NCBI GenBank assembly: GCA_964291235.2
Contig: OZ219816.1
Span: 1,184,001-1,248,000 of the forward strand
Direction of reading: 5' to 3'
DNA: 64,000 nucleotides
Source of the DNA: Vicinamibacteria bacterium
GTDB taxonomy: Bacteria; Acidobacteriota; Vicinamibacteria; Marinacidobacterales; Marinacidobacteraceae
In this document: in pieces, positions 49,850-58,181 of the stretch
Position numbering within the stretch: the stretch's first letter is position 1
Layout: each line of letters starts with the position of its first letter
The notes under the pieces: model-generated
The model's input: the letters and a program-made list of their open reading frames with translations, nothing else
Databases searched by the model: none
Told to the model about the DNA's origin: nothing
Program-made: the position numbers and the translations under genes

Positions 49850-52414
49850 ATGAAGACGAAATTCCGTTCCCGCCTCGCCTTCCGGTCGGCGCTGGTGTTG
49901 CTGGTAGCCGCCTTTACGGCGGCGCCCGTGTTCTCCCAGGACGCGCCGCCCACCATCGAAGAGAAGACCTCCGGGATGGAGCCGATTTCCGGGTTCGTGC
50001 CGCTCTTCTGGGACGAGCGCACGGGGCACCTGTTCGCCGAGTTCGCAGAAATGGACGAGGAGTTCCTCTATTCGGTTTCGGCGGCTTCCGGCCTGGGCAG
50101 CAACCCGATCGGGCTGGATCGGGGACAGATCAGCCGGCGCGCCATCCTCAAGCCGATTCGGGTCGGCCCGCGGGTGCTGCTCATGGAACCCAACTACCGC
50201 TTCCGTGCCGTCAGCGACAACCCCGACGAGGTGCGCGCGGTACAGGACGCCTTCGCCCCCTCGGTGCACTGGGGCTTCCAGGTGGTGGCGGAAACCGGAG
50301 AGCGGGTCCTCGTGGACATGACCGACTTCTTCCTGCGGGACGCCCACGGTTCCGCAGCGCGGATCCAGCGCGCCGGGCAGGGGACCTACCGGCTGGACCG
50401 GGACCGGAGTGTCTTCTACCTGCCGAACATCAAGGGCTTCCCCGACAACACCGAAGTGGAGACGATGCTGACGTTCACGAGCGACCAGCCCGGGCGGCTG
50501 GTAACCGGCGTCGCCGCCAGCGGGGACGCGGTGACCCTGCGGCACCACCATTCGCTCGTGCGGCTGCCGGGACCGGGTTTCGAGGTCCGGGTGGCCGACC
50601 CCCGCATCGGGGTGAACGGCCCCACCTACATGGACTACGCGACCCCGATCGACCAGCCCATGACGGTGCGGCTGACCGCCCGCCACCGGCTTGAGAAGGT
50701 TGATCCCACCGCGGAACGTTCGGAGGTCGTGGAACCGATCGTGTACTACCTCGACCGCGGCGTCCCCGAGCCGGTGCGCACCGCGCTCCTCGAGGGCGCC
50801 CGCTGGTGGGCCGAGGCCTTCGAGGCGGCCGGATTCATCGATGCCTATCGGGTCGAAGTGCTGCCGGAGGGAGCCGACGCCCAGGACATCCGCTACAACA
50901 TGATCCACTGGACGCATCGCCGCACCCGCGGCTGGTCGTACGGGGGAGGGGTCCAGGATCCGCGAACCGGGGAGATCATCAAGGGCAACGTGAACCTGGG
51001 TAGCCTGCGGCTCCGCCAGGACCACCTCCACGGGGTGGGTCTGGTGGCGCCTTTCGACGGGGCCTCCGGCGCTCCTCCCGCCGGGCTGCCGCCGGATCCG
51101 GACGGACCCCACTCCTGCGGGCTCTCCGCCGCCCCGGGCTTTTCCTATCTGGCCCAGGTGGGCGAGGGCGCGTCGCCGGTGGACCTGGCACTCGCCCGGG
51201 TCGCCCAGCTTTCCGCCCACGAAGTCGGGCACACGCTCGGCTTTCCGCACAACTACATGAGTTCGACCTACGGCGGCCGGGCCAGCGTCATGGACTACCC
51301 GGCGCCGCTCGCGGTCCTCGAGGACGGCGTGGTGAAGCTGGATGACGCCTACGGGGTCGGGGTGGGCTCCTACGACATCCTGTCCGTTCGCTGGGCCTAC
51401 GGACAGTTCTCGCCGGAGGAGACCGCCGCGGCGCTCGACGCCATCATGCAGGAAGGGCTGATGTCCGAGACGCGGTTCATGGCCCACACCGACAACTACA
51501 TCGGCGCGGGCGCCCATCCGCTCGCCTCCGTCTGGGACAACGGCCAGGACCTGGTCCGGCACCTGGGACGCGAAATCGAGATCCGCCAGGCCGGGCTCGA
51601 CGCGTTCGGGGAAAACGTCATCCGGCCGGGCGAGGCCATGTCACTGCTCGAGCCCGTGCTGGTTCCGCTCTACCTGCACCACCGCTTCCAGATGAAGGCG
51701 GCGCTGAACACCGTCGGCGGCCAGGAGTACTACTACGCGGTGCGGGGTGACGGACAGCGACCGGTCGCGTCCGTTCCGGGAAGCCGCCAGCGGGAGGCGC
51801 TCGACATCGTCCTCCAGACGCTCGAAACCGACTTCCTGGCGCTGCCGGAACGGATCATCGAGATGATCCCTCCGCCCGCCTACCGGGAAGCCGGTGGCGA
51901 GACCTTCGACGGCAACACCGGCCTGGTATTCGACCCGCTCGCGGCCGCGGACACCTCGGCTGACTACACGGTGGAGCTCCTGCTCCACCCGGAGCGGATG
52001 GCGCGGCTCGTGAACAATCACGCCCTGGATCCCGACCAACCCGGACTCGCGGAAGTGCTGGATCGACTGGTCGAAGAGACCTGGGGCGCCGCGGAGCCGG
52101 AGGGCAGCTACCGGCGGGCGGTGCAGGACGCCGCCGAGCGGAGCGTCCTGAACGGCATGATGCGCGAGGCGATGAACCCGGACAACCCGGCGCGGGTGCG
52201 GGCGGTCCTCGAGGATCGGCTCATGGCCCTCGGGGGAACGCTCGGTGACATGGACGGTAGAACGCCTCACGAGACGTTGGCCGCCGCCGACATCCACCGG
52301 TTCGCCAACCGCGACGAGAGCCTCGACCCGAACGCCAGCCGTCCGGAGCGGCCGCCGGGATCGCCCATCGGGGGCGCGAGCGCTTCCGGGACGCGGAGGG
52401 TTCCGGGTCGCTGA
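49850..52414 (+). CDS. Secreted zinc-dependent metalloprotease (DUF5117/DUF4953-type)
   Basis: Signal peptide; HHSLVRLP, W..AFEAAGF, DIRYN, DPRTGEIIKG, HEVGHTLGFPHN and SVMDY Met-turn. Confidence 0.9.
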   Translation: MKTKFRSRLAFRSALVLLVAAFTAAPVFSQDAPPTIEEKTSGMEPISGFVPLFWDERTGHLFAEFAEMDEEFLYSVSAASGLGSNPIGLDRGQISRRAILKPIRVGPRVLLMEPNYRFRAVSDNPDEVRAVQDAFAPSVHWGFQVVAETGERVLVDMTDFFLRDAHGSAARIQRAGQGTYRLDRDRSVFYLPNIKGFPDNTEVETMLTFTSDQPGRLVTGVAASGDAVTLRHHHSLVRLPGPGFEVRVADPRIGVNGPTYMDYATPIDQPMTVRLTARHRLEKVDPTAERSEVVEPIVYYLDRGVPEPVRTALLEGARWWAEAFEAAGFIDAYRVEVLPEGADAQDIRYNMIHWTHRRTRGWSYGGGVQDPRTGEIIKGNVNLGSLRLRQDHLHGVGLVAPFDGASGAPPAGLPPDPDGPHSCGLSAAPGFSYLAQVGEGASPVDLALARVAQLSAHEVGHTLGFPHNYMSSTYGGRASVMDYPAPLAVLEDGVVKLDDAYGVGVGSYDILSVRWAYGQFSPEETAAALDAIMQEGLMSETRFMAHTDNYIGAGAHPLASVWDNGQDLVRHLGREIEIRQAGLDAFGENVIRPGEAMSLLEPVLVPLYLHHRFQMKAALNTVGGQEYYYAVRGDGQRPVASVPGSRQREALDIVLQTLETDFLALPERIIEMIPPPAYREAGGETFDGNTGLVFDPLAAADTSADYTVELLLHPERMARLVNNHALDPDQPGLAEVLDRLVEETWGAAEPEGSYRRAVQDAAERSVLNGMMREAMNPDNPARVRAVLEDRLMALGGTLGDMDGRTPHETLAAADIHRFANRDESLDPNASRPERPPGSPIGGASASGTRRVPGR

Positions 52415-52504
52415 CCCCGCGGAGCGGCGAGTTCGGCTTGACTCGCCGCTCCCGGTTTCTTGTCCGGATTCTGCATACTTCCGCGGTAGAGATCGACGCA
52501 GACT

Positions 52505-52559
52505 GGTTCTCCGCTCGGCGGGAATCCCACCAGCCTTGACGTCGCACGGGCACGGGAGC
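52505..52559 (-). repeat. Left part of an inverted REP-like repeat unit interrupted by the cassette and IS110
   Basis: GGTTCTCCGCTCGGCGGGAATCCCACCAGCCTTGACGTCGCACGGGCACGGGAGC matches the reverse complement of the 121-bp unit at 54271-54783; the match resumes at 54116. Confidence 0.8.
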
Positions 52560-52577
52560 CCCCTATAGGATCGGCGA

Positions 52578-52767
52578 CGTCCTGCGGGAGCTGAGATTCA
52601 GCTGCCGTTGTATCAACTCAGGTTGGCCAATCCGCCGGGAGTACTAACTGAGCCCCGGTGCTGCGAGCACCTACGGTGGACACGTACCCCGACGGATGGC
52701 CGTGATGGACGACCAGTGGAGAGTCGGTTCCAATCGAGAACCAGTATAGGGGCTGGACAGCATCGCG
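52578..52767 (+). ncRNA. Predicted IS110 bridge RNA (5' hairpin, target-binding loop, donor-binding loop); ends approximate
   Basis: 5' hairpin AGCTGA-GAT-TCAGCT (52589-52603). Stem 52625-52644/52684-52701 encloses GAGCCCC + hairpin + CGGTGG. Stem 52701-52716/52753-52767 encloses TGGAGAGTC + hairpin + TATAGG. The guides match the flanking target and the end-joined donor. Confidence 0.85.
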
Positions 52768-52812
52768 GCGCGGCGGACCTCCGACGGAGCGCAAGCTCGA
52801 AGGAAGACAGCG

Positions 52813-54075
52813 ATGAAGCAGAAGCTGAGCTGGTTCGTGGGCATCGACTGGGGCGAGCAGAGCCACCAGGTGTGCCTGTGCGACAGGCGCGGGAAGGTGC
52901 GCGGGGAGCGCGCCTTCGCGCACAAGGGATCGGGGCTGGCGGCCCTGGTGAAGTGGCTTAGGAAGCAGACGGGTGTGCCGCCGGCGCGGGTGGCGGTCGC
53001 GATCGAGCGGCCGGATGGGGCGGTGGTGGCGACGCTGCTGGAGGCGGGGTTTGCGGTCTATGCGGTGAACCCGCGGCAGACGAGCCACCTGCGGAAGTTC
53101 ATCTCCCACCCGGGGCACAAGAACGACCGGCGGGACGCCCGGATGTTGGCCACCACGCTGCAGGCGAGCCTGGCGGGGTTCCGGCTGCTGGTGCCGCTAC
53201 CGGGGTTGGTGCTGCGGCTGCGGGAGCGGACCCGGACGGCGGACCGTCTGCTCCAGGAGCAGGTCCGGCAGTGCCTGCGGATCCGGAGTGCGCTGGTGGA
53301 CTACTTCCCGCAACTGCTGGAGGTAGCCGGCGAGGCGAAGAACCTGGGGACTCCGTTCTTCCGGGAGTTGTGGGCTCGGGCTTCTACGCCGGCGAAAGCG
53401 CGGAAGGTGTGGTTGTCCACGTTGGAGAAGCTGGTTCGGCGGTATGGAGTGACCCGGATCAGCGCCGCGCGGATCCAGGCGTTGTTCCGGGAGCCGGCGT
53501 TGGTGATGGCGCCGGGGGCGACCGAGGCGTCGGTGGAGACGATCCGCACGGCGCTCGCGCAGTTGGAGGTCGTGCGAGCGGAACTCGTCCGGGCGGAGGG
53601 CCAGATGACCCAGCTGCTGGACGAGTTCTCGGAGACGGCGGAGGCCGGGGGTGGTTCGGATGCCACGGGCCTGGATCTGGTGAGCGCGTTGCGCTCACGC
53701 CCGGGCGCGGGGGACAAGGCGCTGGCCCGGTTGTTCGCCTGGGGCTTCGAAGCGCTCTCGGAGGGGAACTACCGCCGTCTGCGCGCCTACTGTGGAGTAG
53801 CCCCGATCGAGGACCAGTCCGGCAAGTCCGCACAGCTCCGGCAACGGCGCGCCGTTCCCAGTTCGCTGCAACACGCCACCTACATCCTGGCGCGGGGGGT
53901 CGTCCGCTGGGACGAGAAGGTGGCGGCCTACAACCGGAAGTTGAAGGCGGAAGGGAAGCACACGGCCCGGCGCCACCGGAGCATCGCGGATCAACAACTC
54001 CGGGTGCTGTGCGCGATGGCCCGGAACCGAACCCTCTTTGATCCCAACTTCTCCCAGAAGCGGAGGGCCGCCTAA
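52813..54075 (+). CDS. IS110-family DEDD recombinase/transposase
   Basis: RuvC-like DEDD residues GIDWG, VAIERP and KNDRRDA; C-terminal domain PGAG...YCGVAPIEDQSGKS with the conserved Ser; RBS AGGAAG upstream. Confidence 0.95.
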   Translation: MKQKLSWFVGIDWGEQSHQVCLCDRRGKVRGERAFAHKGSGLAALVKWLRKQTGVPPARVAVAIERPDGAVVATLLEAGFAVYAVNPRQTSHLRKFISHPGHKNDRRDARMLATTLQASLAGFRLLVPLPGLVLRLRERTRTADRLLQEQVRQCLRIRSALVDYFPQLLEVAGEAKNLGTPFFRELWARASTPAKARKVWLSTLEKLVRRYGVTRISAARIQALFREPALVMAPGATEASVETIRTALAQLEVVRAELVRAEGQMTQLLDEFSETAEAGGGSDATGLDLVSALRSRPGAGDKALARLFAWGFEALSEGNYRRLRAYCGVAPIEDQSGKSAQLRQRRAVPSSLQHATYILARGVVRWDEKVAAYNRKLKAEGKHTARRHRSIADQQLRVLCAMARNRTLFDPNFSQKRRAA

Positions 54076-54080
54076 CGCTC

Positions 54081-54086
54081 TTGCGT
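54081..54086 (+). promoter_or_regulatory. Outward-facing -35 element (TTGCGT) in the IS110 right end
   Basis: After end-joining at CC it lies exactly 17 bp from TAGGAT (52566-52571) in the left end. Confidence 0.7.
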
Positions 54087-54115
54087 TCTCGTGGAAAGTC
54101 CACCGGGAGAACTGG

Positions 54116-54206
54116 GCCGGCCTCCAGGCTGGCACAGCGGGCCGCAGGCCCGCGTCGGCGCAGACCCCACCCGTCGGCATGGTTCCCGTCTCGGCCCGTA
54201 CCCCAC
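54116..54206 (-). repeat. Right part of the inverted REP-like repeat unit
   Basis: GCCGGCCTCCAGGCTGGCACAGCGGGCCGCAGGCCCGC...CATGGTTCCCGTCTCGGCCCGTACCCCAC is a diverged reverse complement of the tandem unit. Confidence 0.78.
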
Positions 54207-54270
54207 TCGGCGCGGTGGCCCGGTTTTCTCTGTCGCCAAATGCACCGGTTCTGGATGTCGCTTGACGCAG

Positions 54271-54783
54271 GGCTGGTGGACTTCTCCCCGAGAGCGGAAC
54301 CATCGTGACGCTGGAGAGTCCGTCCGGCCGCCCGCCTGCGGCGGGCTGTGCCGGCCTGGAGGCCGGCGTTCCCGTGCCGGCGCGACATCAAGGCTGGTGG
54401 GGTGGCCGCCGAGAGGGGAACCATCCTGACGCTGAAGGGTCCGTCCCGCCGCCCGCCTGGGGCGGGCTGTGCCGACCAGAGGTCGGCGTTCCCGTGCCTA
54501 CGGGACATTAAGGCTGGTGGGGTGGCCGCGGAGAGGGGAACCATCGTGACGCTGAAGGGTCCGTCCCGCCGCCCGCCTGCGGCGGGCTGTGCCGGCCTGG
54601 AGGCCGGCGTTCCCGTGCCTGCGTGACATCAAGGCTGGTGGGGCGGCGGCCGAGAGGGGAACCGTCCTGACGCTGAAGGGTCCGTCCCGCCGCCCGCCTG
54701 CGGCGGGCTGTGCCGGCCTGGAGGCCGGCGTTCCCGTGCCTGGGCGACATCAAGGCTGGTGGGGTGGCGGCCGAGAGGGGAAC
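54271..54783 (+). repeat. Tandem array of ~4.3 copies of a 120-121-bp REP-like palindromic unit
   Basis: Units start at 54271, 54392, 54512, 54633 and 54754. Each full unit has the hairpins GCCCGCC-TGC-GGCGGGC and GCCGGCC-TGGA-GGCCGGC followed by GTTCCC. Confidence 0.92.
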
Positions 54784-54826
54784 TATCTGGCGTTGATCTC
54801 GGCGGCGGGAGTACGAGAAATCCGCG

Positions 54827-56299
54827 CTAGTGGTGGGTCGGAATCGGTAAGGCGAGGACCGACGCGCGGGCCCGGATCATCATGTGGACGGCGGGGTCCG
54901 GCCGGAAGAAGGAGCCGGCGTGGCCCTGGTCGTAGCCGAGCACCAGGAGATCCCGCGGACCGGTGAGCCGCGCGAGTTGGCGGGGCGGGTTGCCTTCCGC
55001 GCGGATGATGGGAACCCGGACCCGGTAGAGATCGGCCATCCGTTCGATGGCCTTCAGCACGGAGGCGACGTCGCCGCCGCTCTCGAGACCCCGGCCGATG
55101 AAGGAGGGGGGCGTCACCAGCACGGCGGCGAGCGGGATGCGGAACTGCCGGGCCAGTCCGATCGCGGTGTCCGCGGCGCGCAGGGTGGCCTCCACGTCGG
55201 TGACCGGGATCACGAGCCGTTCCCACGGAAAGCTGCCGCCCGGGATCAGGACCGGGCACGAAAAACGCGCCATGGTGGAGAGGAAACGCGCCGCGTTCAG
55301 GCCGATCCGGGCGGCGAAGGAGGCCTCTCCGTGGTCGATGAGGACGCAGCCGGCGTCCGGCCGGGCGGCGTCGAAGGGATCGTCGCCGGGTGGGATCCTG
55401 GTAACCCGGTCCGCGGGGACATCGAAGTCGTCGGGAGGCTCGACGCCCTCGGGGGCGACGATGCGCAACCGGCGCGCTCTCGAGGTGCGGAACAGGTACT
55501 CCGCTTCGCGCCAGGCGACCTCGGGGAGCGGCCGTTCGGCGAAGACCACGATGTGACTCCCGAACTGGAGCGGGAACAGGGACTTCCCCTCGCGGAGGAA
55601 TTCGGCGGCGCCCGGAGCGACCTCGGGCTCCCCGGTGATCAGGAGGCGGTCTCCCGCCTCGATCACCGCGTCGCCGTCCGGCACCACGAAGCGCCCGCCC
55701 CGGTAGATGCCGGCGACAAGCCACTTGCGGGCGCCGAGGTCCCTGAGCTTCACGTTGACCGCGGGCGAGGTGGGCAACACCTGGATCTCCCGGATCTCGC
55801 CGTGACCGAGGCCCAGGGAGGCCTCCACCTGGTGGGAGCGTTCCACCCGGTTCCGGATCTGGCTCGCGATGACGCCGGGCCGGGCGATGCTTTCGGCTCC
55901 GGTGGCCCGCAGCCGCCCGGCCCGGTGGGATTCGCGCAGGGTGCCAATGGTGGCCGGACGGGGCGTCAGGTCGGCCGCCACCCGGCAGACCTCGATGTTG
56001 ACGGTGTCCTGGTCGGTGGCGGCGATGACCCACTCGGCCCCGTCGCCGGCGGCGGCGGCGAGTGCCAGCGCACTCGTACCGTCGCGGAGCAGGGTCTCCA
56101 CCGGCCGGCCGGCGGCATCCTCGCGGAGGCGGTCCAGTTTCTTCGGGTCCGTGTCGAGCACCACCACCCGCCGCTCGCCGGCAAGCTGGCGCGCCAGCTC
56201 CCGCCCGGTCTGCCCGGCGCCGACGATGACGACCCGAGGGAGGTCGTGGGGGGACGGCGCTTCACTCTCCGGAGAGAGGTCCGGAGAGCGTTCAGGCAT
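54827..56299 (-). CDS. TrkA-N/TrkA-C (RCK) protein fused to universal-stress-protein-like domain(s)
   Basis: VVIVGAGQTG, DGTS, ATDQDTVN, VPDGDAVIEAGDRLLITG; C-terminal DLLVLG...ARASVLALP (USP-like). Confidence 0.8.
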   Translation of the reverse strand: MPERSPDLSPESEAPSPHDLPRVVIVGAGQTGRELARQLAGERRVVVLDTDPKKLDRLREDAAGRPVETLLRDGTSALALAAAAGDGAEWVIAATDQDTVNIEVCRVAADLTPRPATIGTLRESHRAGRLRATGAESIARPGVIASQIRNRVERSHQVEASLGLGHGEIREIQVLPTSPAVNVKLRDLGARKWLVAGIYRGGRFVVPDGDAVIEAGDRLLITGEPEVAPGAAEFLREGKSLFPLQFGSHIVVFAERPLPEVAWREAEYLFRTSRARRLRIVAPEGVEPPDDFDVPADRVTRIPPGDDPFDAARPDAGCVLIDHGEASFAARIGLNAARFLSTMARFSCPVLIPGGSFPWERLVIPVTDVEATLRAADTAIGLARQFRIPLAAVLVTPPSFIGRGLESGGDVASVLKAIERMADLYRVRVPIIRAEGNPPRQLARLTGPRDLLVLGYDQGHAGSFFRPDPAVHMMIRARASVLALPIPTHH

Positions 56300-56412
56300 G
56301 ACGGAGAAGGGTCCGGACCGGGCGCGGCACGAGGCCCGAGGCGCGGCGCGTCAAGGCGCCGCGCCGGAACGGAATCTTCCGTCCGGCGCGCGGCGAACCA
56401 GTGAGCGGAAAA

Positions 56413-57180
56413 CTACTGCGCTCTCAGGGTGCCCGTAATCGTGGACACCGCCTCGGTGTCCCAGGGCGGCACCATCACCCTGCTGATGGGCGCCTGGGGG
56501 TCCGTCGGGGTGTCCGGACCGGTCTCTTCGGTACCGCCGACGGCCATGTACGGTTCGCCATCAACGACTCCGGCGTCGTATATCTCGGCTCGGACCATAA
56601 GCGTCTCCATCCAGTTGCCGTCCGCATCGATGGCGCAGGTATTGAAGCCGATGAACCAGTCCGGGCTCGGCGAGAGTTTCTGGGCATAGCTGATGCACGG
56701 AAACTCGGAACTGAGGGTGATTTCCGAGGCTCCCAGCAACGCGACGATCTGATCGAAGCTCTCCGCGAGGACCACCCAGCCCATCTCCATGGCGTCGTCC
56801 GCCAGGTCGTGCGAATGGCCGTCCCAGGCTAGGTGTTCGAGACCCTCGGAGGCCATCCCGCCTTCTTCCCAGACCACGGTATCCAGGGGGTGGGCGATGA
56901 ACGCGATTTCGTTCTCGGCCATCGCGCCCTCGGGGTACAACTCCGCGCCAAGGATCAGGAAAAGCGGATTCGTCGAATAGTGCGGGTCGTACATGATGTC
57001 GTAGGTGCGCATCTCGGCTTCCGGCTCCGGCTCGGGCTCCGGTGCGGGAGGCGGCGTAGGCGTGGGCGCCGGGGCGGGCGCGGGCGCGGGGGTGGTGCCG
57101 CCCGAATCGCCGCCGCAACTCGCCAAGAGGAAGGCACTGGCCAGCAGCACGGTTCCCACCCAGATGGTTCTTGTTTTCAT
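56413..57180 (-). CDS. Spondin_N-domain lipoprotein (1)
   Basis: LASC lipobox, PAPAP linker, MASEGLEHLA, LSPSPDWFIG, YDAG and TDPQAPI; good RBS (AGGAGG). Confidence 0.82.
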   Translation of the reverse strand: MKTRTIWVGTVLLASAFLLASCGGDSGGTTPAPAPAPAPTPTPPPAPEPEPEPEAEMRTYDIMYDPHYSTNPLFLILGAELYPEGAMAENEIAFIAHPLDTVVWEEGGMASEGLEHLAWDGHSHDLADDAMEMGWVVLAESFDQIVALLGASEITLSSEFPCISYAQKLSPSPDWFIGFNTCAIDADGNWMETLMVRAEIYDAGVVDGEPYMAVGGTEETGPDTPTDPQAPISRVMVPPWDTEAVSTITGTLRAQ

Positions 57181-57309
57181 CGCGGTTCCTCCTTTAGGTC
57201 CCGAAAATACCCGTTTCCCGTAACGATTCCATTACGGTCAAAATGAATGGTACCGCATCGCGGTTCGCTTGGGCCGGCGAAAACGCGCGGACCCTCTCCG
57301 CCACCGAAC

Positions 57310-58116
57310 CTATTCCTGCTGACGCGTCGCGGTGAGCGGATAGGCGACGGCGGGCGCCGCGAGGTAGGGCGGGGCGTCGAGAACCGCTATGGGCTCCCGC
57401 GGGTCGGTGTCGGAGGACTTGACCATGAAGTCCTCACCTTCGGCGGTGCCCGCGTCGTAGGCGATCACGTCGGCCCCCATCTCGTCGAGCCAGCGCCCCT
57501 CTTCGTCCGTCGCGCAGGCGTTGCTGAGCCCGATAAACCAGTCCGAGCTGGGAGCGATCTGCTGGGCATAGGTGAGACAGGGTCGCTCGAGGTCCATCTC
57601 GATCGAAGGGTCCGGACTGAGGAATATCTGGAGAAACTCCCCCAGGTTCGCGGCAATTACTTTCATGCCGGCGGCTTCGGCCTCGGCGACGAACGCCGCC
57701 GACGCTCCCGTCTCGGCGAGCAGCTTCAGGGCATCGGAAGCAGTCTCCCCGACTGTCCATGGGGCGGCGTCCCGCGGGTGCGCGATCATGGCGAGCGGAA
57801 ACGCGAAGTCCACGCCCTCGGGGAGGGAACCGGGAACCCGTGGCCCGAGCTGGGCAACCGGCTGGGCGAACGTGTAGGTCGCGGTTTCCGGCTCCGGGGG
57901 TGGCGGCGGATCGGGAGCAGGTGCAGGAGTCGGCGCGGGCGCCGGCGCCACCGGCGCGGGGCGGTCCTCACCACAGGCGGAGATCGAAAGGGCGGCAGCA
58001 GCCAGCAACAGAGCGGTCAGGGCGGGAAAGAGGGAACGAGAAGGAACCAGCTTGAGGCAAGCAGCAAGGCGCAACGAATTACTCCGGGGTGGGCCGGCAG
58101 GAACCGGGTTTGGCAA
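57310..58116 (-). CDS. Spondin_N-domain lipoprotein (2); start codon uncertain
   Basis: ISAC lipobox, PAPAP linker, ASDALKLLAETG, IAPSSDWFIG, YDAGTAEG and TDPREPI. Confidence 0.8.
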   Translation of the reverse strand: MPNPVPAGPPRSNSLRLAACLKLVPSRSLFPALTALLLAAAALSISACGEDRPAPVAPAPAPTPAPAPDPPPPPEPETATYTFAQPVAQLGPRVPGSLPEGVDFAFPLAMIAHPRDAAPWTVGETASDALKLLAETGASAAFVAEAEAAGMKVIAANLGEFLQIFLSPDPSIEMDLERPCLTYAQQIAPSSDWFIGLSNACATDEEGRWLDEMGADVIAYDAGTAEGEDFMVKSSDTDPREPIAVLDAPPYLAAPAVAYPLTATRQQE

Positions 58117-58181
58117 GCAGAGAGGCCGGTGGGGGGGACGCCGGCGCCGGGAAGTCTATATTTTGAAACCGGCTTTCAGTT

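Larger units (their letters stand above)
52562..54101 (+). mobile_element. IS110-family insertion sequence, apparently complete, flanked by CC core dinucleotides
   Basis: Long non-coding left end, recombinase gene and short right end; no TIRs. Junctions are GAGCCC|CC|TATAGG and GAAAGT|CC|ACCG. Removing the element restores a 20-mer present intact at 7624 and 7653. Confidence 0.9.

Noticed and set aside
52435-52505. Weak direct similarity to 54204-54275 (ACTCG.CGC...CCCGGTTT.CT..TGTC...TGCA...GACGCAG)
   Set aside because: Too degenerate to call by eye in GC-rich DNA; it may be an old part of the repeat system and needs a scored alignment.
52560-54115. Alternative IS110 boundaries that include ACCGGGAGAACTGG in the right end
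   Set aside because: The bridge-RNA guides and the 17-bp junction promoter both place the crossover at CC (52562-63 / 54100-01), so that sequence belongs to the target.
54271-54783. CRISPR array
   Set aside because: The whole 121-bp unit repeats, with no unique spacers, and there are no cas genes in the window.
53459-54966. ORFs with repeated peptides (MVPLSAATPPALMS..., MPAWRPAFPC...)
   Set aside because: These are translations of the non-coding tandem repeat; the 121-bp period is not a multiple of 3.
57020-57100. GGCGCGGG/CCGGCT repeats (also 57890-57965)
   Set aside because: They encode the Pro-Ala/Pro-Glu linkers of the spondin lipoproteins.
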